Program-made: the position numbers and the translations under genes
Assembly (NCBI GenBank): GCA_963753435.1
Contig: CAVWCF010000001.1
Span: 1-64,000, forward strand
Origin: an uncultured Actinomycetota bacterium
GTDB taxonomy: Bacteria; Actinomycetota; Actinomycetes; CAVWCF01
Reading direction: 5' to 3'
Length of the DNA: 64,000 nt
In this document: positions 58,293 to 64,000 of the stretch, piece after piece
Numbering within the stretch: the first letter of the stretch is position 1
How the letters are laid out: each line of letters begins with the position of its first letter
Notes under the pieces: generated by a model
What the model was told of the DNA's origin: nothing
The model's input: the letters and a program-made list of their open reading frames with translations, nothing else
The model's database searches: none

Positions 58293-59534
58293 ATGAGCCG
58301 CAAGCAGTTGCGCCGCAATGATTCAGTTGAACCTGCGCCCACGACAGTCGATGACACCGGGTGCACCGTTCTGCACGTGGATATGGACGCCTTCTACGCG
58401 TCGGTGTCCCTGCTGGAGCACCCTGAACTCATCGGCCAACCAGTCATCGTCGGCGGTGGCGGCACCCGCGGCGTGGTGCTGAGCGCCACCTACGAAGCCC
58501 GCAGATTCGGAGTGCACTCGGCAATGCCGATGACCCGGGCGCGACGCGTCTGCCCGACGGCGGTGATCCTGGAGCCGGACCATTCCCGCTATGCCGCGGT
58601 CAGCGACTCGGTCATGCAGATATTTGCGTCCATCACGCCGCGCTACGAACCGCTCAGCCTGGATGAAGCGTTCCTCGACGTTGCCGGTGCCCGACGCCGT
58701 GTCGGTCCGCCCAGGCACATCGCCGAGCTGATCCGGGCCCGCGTGGCCGACGAGCAGGGCATCACCTGCTCCGTCGGTGTGGCGTCGACGAAGTTCGTCG
58801 CCAAACTGGCGTCCACCCGGGCCAAGCCTGATGGCCTCATCGTCGTGCCGGCCGACAGCGTCGTGCAGTTCCTGCACCCGTTGCCGGTCGCCGCGCTTTG
58901 GGGGGTGGGGGAGAAGACCGAGGAAGTGCTGACCCGGCTGGGGCTACGAACCGTCGGCGACCTCGCGCGCACACCCGTGGCCACGCTGCAGCGGGCGCTC
59001 GGCCCCGCGGCCGGCAGCCACCTGTCCGACCTGGCCTGGGGGCGTGATCCCAGGTCGGTTACGCCGAACGAGCCGGACAAAAGCATCGGCGCTGAGGAGA
59101 CGTTCAGCCGGGACACCGACGACCCTGAGGTCCTGCGCCGGGAGTTCCTGCGCCTGACCGAACGTGTCGCGGCCCGGCTACGTGCGGGCGGCTGGGTCGG
59201 TAGAACGGTCAGCATCAAGGTGCGGTTCGCTGACTTCTCCACGATCACTCGGGCCAAGACGCTGCGCGAGCCGACGGACGTGGCCCAACTGATCTACCCC
59301 GTGGTCCGGGCCTTGTATGACGGTCTGGGTCTGCAGCGGGCCCGGGTGCGCCTGGTTGGGGTTCGCATGGAGGGGCTCCTGCCGGTGGATTCCCACGCCG
59401 AGCAGATGATCTTGGACGCCCCGGACTCGGGATGGCGGGAAGCCGAGCAGGCCGCTGACCGGGCGGCGGCGCGGTTCGGGTCGGGCGCGGTGCGACCGGC
59501 TCGGCTGATCGATCCGCGCCAGGATCAGGCCTGA
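58293..59534 (+). CDS. dinB: Y-family DNA polymerase IV with intact catalytic residues
   Basis: HVDMDAFYASV, YEAR, SLDEAFLD, LWGVG, RLVGV; clamp motif QMILD. Confidence 0.94.
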   Translation: MSRKQLRRNDSVEPAPTTVDDTGCTVLHVDMDAFYASVSLLEHPELIGQPVIVGGGGTRGVVLSATYEARRFGVHSAMPMTRARRVCPTAVILEPDHSRYAAVSDSVMQIFASITPRYEPLSLDEAFLDVAGARRRVGPPRHIAELIRARVADEQGITCSVGVASTKFVAKLASTRAKPDGLIVVPADSVVQFLHPLPVAALWGVGEKTEEVLTRLGLRTVGDLARTPVATLQRALGPAAGSHLSDLAWGRDPRSVTPNEPDKSIGAEETFSRDTDDPEVLRREFLRLTERVAARLRAGGWVGRTVSIKVRFADFSTITRAKTLREPTDVAQLIYPVVRALYDGLGLQRARVRLVGVRMEGLLPVDSHAEQMILDAPDSGWREAEQAADRAAARFGSGAVRPARLIDPRQDQA

Positions 59535-59696
59535 TCAGCCCCGAATCCGACTCGGGGCGGAATCCGGCGCTGCCCGCGCTTCACCGTCCGGCCCGATTTG
59601 CCGATGCTTGAATTCTCGCCCGGGTTTCCCACCGGGCCGATGCGGCCTATCCTGATTACACCGGTTGCCCCGGTGGTCCGCGGAGAGGAGACGCCC

Positions 59697-60083
59697 GTGC
59701 CGCTTTCCGAGCACGAGCAGCGCCTGCTGGAGCAGATGGAGCGCGCCCTGTACGCCGAGGACCCGAAGCTTGCCTCAACGCTTGGTGGTGCCGGCCAGCG
59801 TCGGGCGCAGCGGCGCGCGCTAGTTGTCGGCGTCCTCGGCATCCTTATCGGTTTGGCGATGCTCCTTGGCGGCGCCGCCATCCCATCGGTGCCACTAGGC
59901 GTGGCCGGCTTCGGCGTGATGCTCGCCGCGACCTGGTACGCCTTCGGCCGCGCCCGCTCGGTTGGGTCCGGCGGGACCGAAGCACCCGCGACCCCGAAGG
60001 GGACCAAGCCGCCGAAGAGCAGCGCCGGCGTCATGAACAAGTTCGAGGAGCGCTGGCGCCGCCGTCGCGACCAGCAGCAATAG
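59697..60083 (+). CDS. DUF3040 membrane protein
   Basis: PLSEHEQRLLEQMERALYAEDPK, two TMs, EERWRRR; own TATCCT -10 candidate at 59648. Confidence 0.9.
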   Translation: MPLSEHEQRLLEQMERALYAEDPKLASTLGGAGQRRAQRRALVVGVLGILIGLAMLLGGAAIPSVPLGVAGFGVMLAATWYAFGRARSVGSGGTEAPATPKGTKPPKSSAGVMNKFEERWRRRRDQQQ

Positions 60084-60084
60084 C

Positions 60085-60122
60085 CGCTACTTCCTCGCTA
60101 CTTCGCTACTTCGCTACTTCGC
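60085..60122. repeat. 8-bp tandem repeat (CGCTACTT) x4
   Basis: Copies at 60085, 60096, 60104 and 60112. Confidence 0.9.
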
Positions 60123-62441
60123 GCCGACCAGGTCCTTCGATCGATCCAGCCGCGCACTTCCAGCGGCCAGTGCCGTCTCGCTTGAGGCCAGCAAACGGCT
60201 CCAAACGCTGATCGGCACCAGCCGCGCTCGCCATCGACTCCAGCGGGACAGCGATAGGTCGTGTGCCCGCAGGAGCGATGTGATTTCGACCTGCGGCACC
60301 GGCTGGCCGGCGGCCTGGTCGGAGTAGCGCACCAGTTCCACTGCCCGCGACAGTTCCTGAAGGATCGCGATCGCGTCGGCGTCCAAGTGCCCGGCCGTCG
60401 CATCTGCCGCCTGCCGGGGAGTCCAGCCGACGGACCAGCCACCACCGCCGTCGACAAAGGTGTCCTGCCATTCGCGCCATCTGGCTTCGACGCCGGCGGT
60501 GCCGGTCGCAGCCAGACGCCGGGCCCGGATCACCCGACGGGCCAGCGCCGGAACCACCAGCACGGCCACCGCGAAGACGATCACGGCGAGCAAGAGCCAT
60601 GTGCGCCAGCCGGGTCCGCCGGCAACTACGGATGTTTCTGCGCTGTCTCGGCCGCGAATGTCGCGCACCCCGGCGGGGTCCTGCGATCCGTCGCCGGCGT
60701 CGATGCGGTCGGGACTGCCGCGACCCAGGTCAGCCCCGAGCGGCACGGTCGGGTCGGCGGCGGCTGTCGGAAGTGGAATTGCGTAGGCGGGCGGGCTGAA
60801 ACCGCTACCGCCGCGGGGGGTCGGTTCGAAGGGCAGCCAGCCGAAGCCCGACAGATACAACTCCGGCCAGGCGTGGGTGTCGTGCCAGGAGACCGACCAC
60901 CAATTGCCCGCCGGCTCTCCTTGCGCGAAGCCGACGTTGACGCGGGCGGGGATGCCCACGGACCTGGCCATCAACGCCATGGTTGAGGCGAACTGCTGGC
61001 AGTAGCCGCGCCGTTCCTGCAAGAAGTCCGCGACCGGTTCGCCGTTGGGCTGGTACCCCAGGTCGTAGGTGAACTGGGTTCGGAAGAACTGCTGCAGCGC
61101 GACTGCGCGCTCGTACGGAGAGTCCAGACCCGCGGTCACGGTCGCGGCCGTTTGGCCCAAGGTGCTGGGCACATCGGCTGGCAGCGCCAGATTGACCGGG
61201 TCCACGGTCTCATCCGTCGCCGGTGCGTCTACGAGCGTCTCCGGTGTCAGGTCCAGGTCGAGGGAAGTGGCCACGTATTCGAGTCCGTTGGTGGACCCCT
61301 CCGGCCCCAGTACGTTGAGGGTGGCCGCGTCGAAGCGCCAATCGCCGGGAACGAAAACTTCGACCGTGGGGTACGGCAACGGCAGCCGGTTCTCCTCGAG
61401 GTCGGTGACCCGCACCGTGGTGTAGTTGCGGCTGACGTCCGGTGTCCGAACTCCCGTCAGTTCTTCGGGGATGCCGTCGGAGACCTGCGCCGACGCCGGC
61501 CACGTCACCGGCGCTTGCTGCCAAACGCCGTCGGCATAGGTGTCCAGGGTGACCAGCCGCAGGTTCGTCCCGGCCTCGTCGCTAGTGCGATAGCGGAGTA
61601 CCTCGGTGTCGTCGGGACGGGTCAAGGAGTCCCGCAGGTTCAGATACGGGTTGACCGTCTCCACCGGGGACCGGCCACCGTCACCGCCGATACCGAAGAA
61701 CCCGCTCGGGGAATCCCCGAGCGGGGGCAGCAGTGCGGGCAGCAGCACCGCGAGCCCGATGGCGGCAATGCCCAGTGTCCGGCCACTGGCCGCCAGCGGG
61801 GACGGTTCGCGGGGGGCGTCGACCACGCGGTCGACGCGCGGCCCCCAGGCCCGCAGCCGTCGGGTGCCGTCAGCCAGCAGCATCGCCAGCCAGCCGGCGG
61901 CGGCCAGCACGAACGGAACCGGCGACAGGGCGCGATCCAAAGTCAGGACCGAAACCGAGTACAGACCGACCAACGGCAGCCCGGCCAGTACCGGTGAGCG
62001 AAGTCCGACGGCCAACCCATGCACGGCGATGGCGACCAGACCCACTCCGCCGCAGACCAGGAGAGTGAACACCGGTTCGGAGGCGACCGGTGGTGCAGAA
62101 GTGTTCACCGCCGTAGCCGCATCCCGAAGCAGTTGCGCCAGCGCCTGGATGCTGCTCGGCGTCGGGATCACCCCGGCCAACGCGTATGGAGAGGTGAACT
62201 GCACCGTAAGCACTGCCAGCAGGGCCAGGACCTGAGCGGAGAAGGCGCCTATACGACCCAGGCGCCGGGCGGCGATCGCCGTCGCGGTTAGAACCGCCAC
62301 CACCAGGAGCACCGACCAGAACCACTCCTGGTCTGAAAACAGGCTGGTCAGTGACAACGAGGTCGCCAGGACCGCCAAGCCACACGCCAAGCTGAGCCTG
62401 GTCGTGGCCCAAGCGTCGCTGGCGGCGACGGGCGCGCTCAT
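60114..62441 (-). CDS. Membrane transglutaminase-like protein (DUF3488/TgpA family)
   Basis: N-terminal TMs; GYCQQFAS, HAWPE, FEPT catalytic region. Confidence 0.88.
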   Translation of the reverse strand: MSAPVAASDAWATTRLSLACGLAVLATSLSLTSLFSDQEWFWSVLLVVAVLTATAIAARRLGRIGAFSAQVLALLAVLTVQFTSPYALAGVIPTPSSIQALAQLLRDAATAVNTSAPPVASEPVFTLLVCGGVGLVAIAVHGLAVGLRSPVLAGLPLVGLYSVSVLTLDRALSPVPFVLAAAGWLAMLLADGTRRLRAWGPRVDRVVDAPREPSPLAASGRTLGIAAIGLAVLLPALLPPLGDSPSGFFGIGGDGGRSPVETVNPYLNLRDSLTRPDDTEVLRYRTSDEAGTNLRLVTLDTYADGVWQQAPVTWPASAQVSDGIPEELTGVRTPDVSRNYTTVRVTDLEENRLPLPYPTVEVFVPGDWRFDAATLNVLGPEGSTNGLEYVATSLDLDLTPETLVDAPATDETVDPVNLALPADVPSTLGQTAATVTAGLDSPYERAVALQQFFRTQFTYDLGYQPNGEPVADFLQERRGYCQQFASTMALMARSVGIPARVNVGFAQGEPAGNWWSVSWHDTHAWPELYLSGFGWLPFEPTPRGGSGFSPPAYAIPLPTAAADPTVPLGADLGRGSPDRIDAGDGSQDPAGVRDIRGRDSAETSVVAGGPGWRTWLLLAVIVFAVAVLVVPALARRVIRARRLAATGTAGVEARWREWQDTFVDGGGGWSVGWTPRQAADATAGHLDADAIAILQELSRAVELVRYSDQAAGQPVPQVEITSLLRAHDLSLSRWSRWRARLVPISVWSRLLASSETALAAGSARLDRSKDLVGAK

Positions 62442-63670
62442 CGCCGCACCCCCGCAGTTCGTCGCGAGGCCAGCGGCCACGCCGTTGCCAACGGCTCGTC
62501 CAAGGGCACGGGGACGACCCGCCAACCGCCTTGGCGCAGGACCAGCGGTGCCTGCTCGTGAGTGGCCCCGGCCGGATCCACCAGCACCGCGACAGCGGCC
62601 TCGCGACCGTGCCGCAGCCTGGCCAACTCCTCGGCATCGGTCAGGTCCAGATGCCCCAGGACCGCGATCACAACGCCGTCGCCGGACAGGCGAGCCAGGC
62701 CTTGTCCCGTGTGGGACAGGCGTGCCGAGCGGTCGGTGCGGATCACCGCGAGTGCGTCCAGCAGCCCACCGAGTGGGTCGCCGGCGGAGTCCGTTGCTCG
62801 GGACTGATCCGCCGGGGGAGATGCGGTGACCAGGTCGACGGTGAAGCCGCCTTTGCCCAGGTACAAGCCCAGGGATGCGGTGATGCTGACCGCACGCTCG
62901 AAGGTCGACGTGCTGCCGGATCCCTTGTGCGCGGCGAAGCGGTTGTCCAGGAGCAGCACGGCGCGCGATTCCCACGGCTGCTCTTCACGGCGGACCATCA
63001 GCTCACCCAGCCGGGCGGTGGACTTCCAGTGGACTCGGCGCAACTCGTCCCCGACCCGGTACCCCCTAGGGGTGACGTCATCCTCGCCGGTGGAGGCGAT
63101 TGCGCGGGTGCGGCTGTCGCCGCTTCCGGACCATTCGCCGCCGAGTGGAACCGCGGGGACCTCCTCAGTGGCCGGTGTGACGGTGAGGGTGTCTACCTTG
63201 GGCAGCGTCCAAGTCAGGCGGCACAACCCGAACGGGTCGGACAGCCATACGCGTAGGGGCCCGACCAGATAGCGACCGCGCCGTCCGGCCAGCAGTTCGG
63301 TGGTGAAGTCACGTTGACCGCCAGGTGGAATGCGCTCCAGCACGAAGCGGGTCCCTCCGCCGACGGCGTCGTCTGCTTCGTCCTCCACCAGCACCGTCCC
63401 GCTGGGGAGCCGGGATCGGTTCTCGATCACCAAATGTGATCGGGCTGGTGTCCCAACGCCAACGCGTTGCGGATCCAGCCGCCTGCGGGCAGCCAGCCGT
63501 TCGCGATTGCGCAGCACGAACAACATCGCGAGCAGGGGCAGAACTACGAGGAGCGTCCCGACCCGCAGCAGGTCGGCCTGGTCGGCCAGCCACCCGCTGA
63601 TCAACACGATGACGCCCACGGCCAGCACGCCCGCTCCGCGCGGGGTCAGGCCCTGCAATGCGCGTCGCAT
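62438..63670 (-). CDS. DUF58 family protein
   Basis: DPFGL, RGYRVGDELRRVHWKSTAR, LMVR. Confidence 0.9.
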   Translation of the reverse strand: MRRALQGLTPRGAGVLAVGVIVLISGWLADQADLLRVGTLLVVLPLLAMLFVLRNRERLAARRRLDPQRVGVGTPARSHLVIENRSRLPSGTVLVEDEADDAVGGGTRFVLERIPPGGQRDFTTELLAGRRGRYLVGPLRVWLSDPFGLCRLTWTLPKVDTLTVTPATEEVPAVPLGGEWSGSGDSRTRAIASTGEDDVTPRGYRVGDELRRVHWKSTARLGELMVRREEQPWESRAVLLLDNRFAAHKGSGSTSTFERAVSITASLGLYLGKGGFTVDLVTASPPADQSRATDSAGDPLGGLLDALAVIRTDRSARLSHTGQGLARLSGDGVVIAVLGHLDLTDAEELARLRHGREAAVAVLVDPAGATHEQAPLVLRQGGWRVVPVPLDEPLATAWPLASRRTAGVRR

Positions 63671-63672
63671 GC

Positions 63673-64000
63673 CTAACCGGAACGACGGGCGGCGTCAGGC
63701 ACCGGCGTTCGCTGCACCAATTCAGATACGACCAGTTCCGGGCTGCGGCGGGAGATCTGTGCGTCTGCCGTCGGTATCAGCCGGTGCGCCAGCACTGCGA
63801 CAGCGAGTGCCTGCACGTCGTCGGGGAGCACGAAGTCCCGGCCGGCGAGGGCGGCCGCCGCCCGGCTTGCCTTGATCAGATGCAGCGTGGCCCGCGGCGA
63901 CGCGCCCAGCCGAAGGTCAGGGCTGTTCCGGGTAGCCGTGGCCAGGTCGATTGCGTACTGCTTGACGGCATCGGCGACGTGGACGCGCTCAACCGCCTGC
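63673..64000 (-). CDS. moxR: MoxR AAA+ ATPase, C-terminal part (runs off the window)
   Basis: My translation: ...LRLGASPRATLHL...GRDFVLPDDVQALAVAVLAHRL...; TAG at 63673-63675. Confidence 0.9.
   Translation of the reverse strand, partial: QAVERVHVADAVKQYAIDLATATRNSPDLRLGASPRATLHLIKASRAAAALAGRDFVLPDDVQALAVAVLAHRLIPTADAQISRRSPELVVSELVQRTPVPDAARRSG

Noticed and set aside
59523-59560. Palindrome GATCAGGCCTGATC and a short hairpin at the dinB stop
   Set aside because: Short, with no U-tract; at most a weak terminator.
60114-64000. MoxR-DUF58-transglutaminase triad as a novel system
   Set aside because: This is a well-known widespread gene association, present at this locus in many actinobacteria.

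Overview
High-GC actinobacterial chromosomal window with dense coding. I found no rRNA, tRNA, CRISPR array or mobile element. The gene order (SRPBCC, ArsA, glkA, plsC, pfkA, class II DAHP synthase, PASTA kinase, crtE/metF, DUF3040, MoxR) resembles the conserved region upstream of the actinobacterial dcw cluster. From left to right it contains: (1) a Tad/Flp pilus operon with two frameshifted genes, one encoding a receiver-(Glu-Pro)n-GAF protein; (2) core lipid and sugar genes; (3) a xylose uptake and catabolism locus interrupted by an opposite-strand oxidoreductase; (4) glpK and pfkA sharing a 24-bp bidirectional promoter; (5) class II and class I-beta DAHP synthases flanking ada-alkA/ogt; (6) a two-part pathway for a glycosylated monocyclic carotenoid; (7) a DUF3040 gene and a transglutaminase/DUF58/MoxR triad. 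The strongest candidate for an undescribed system is at 53.4-59.5 kb. There, a perfect LexA box is followed by a structured leader (possible kissing loop and anti-SD helix) and a tightly coupled operon: DUF6504 (ImuB-C-like), SAV_6107-type HEPN protein, DnaE2 and an intact DinB. This looks like an imuA/imuB-less, 'split-ImuB' mutagenesis cassette. All family calls come from reading motifs by eye; no database searches were run.
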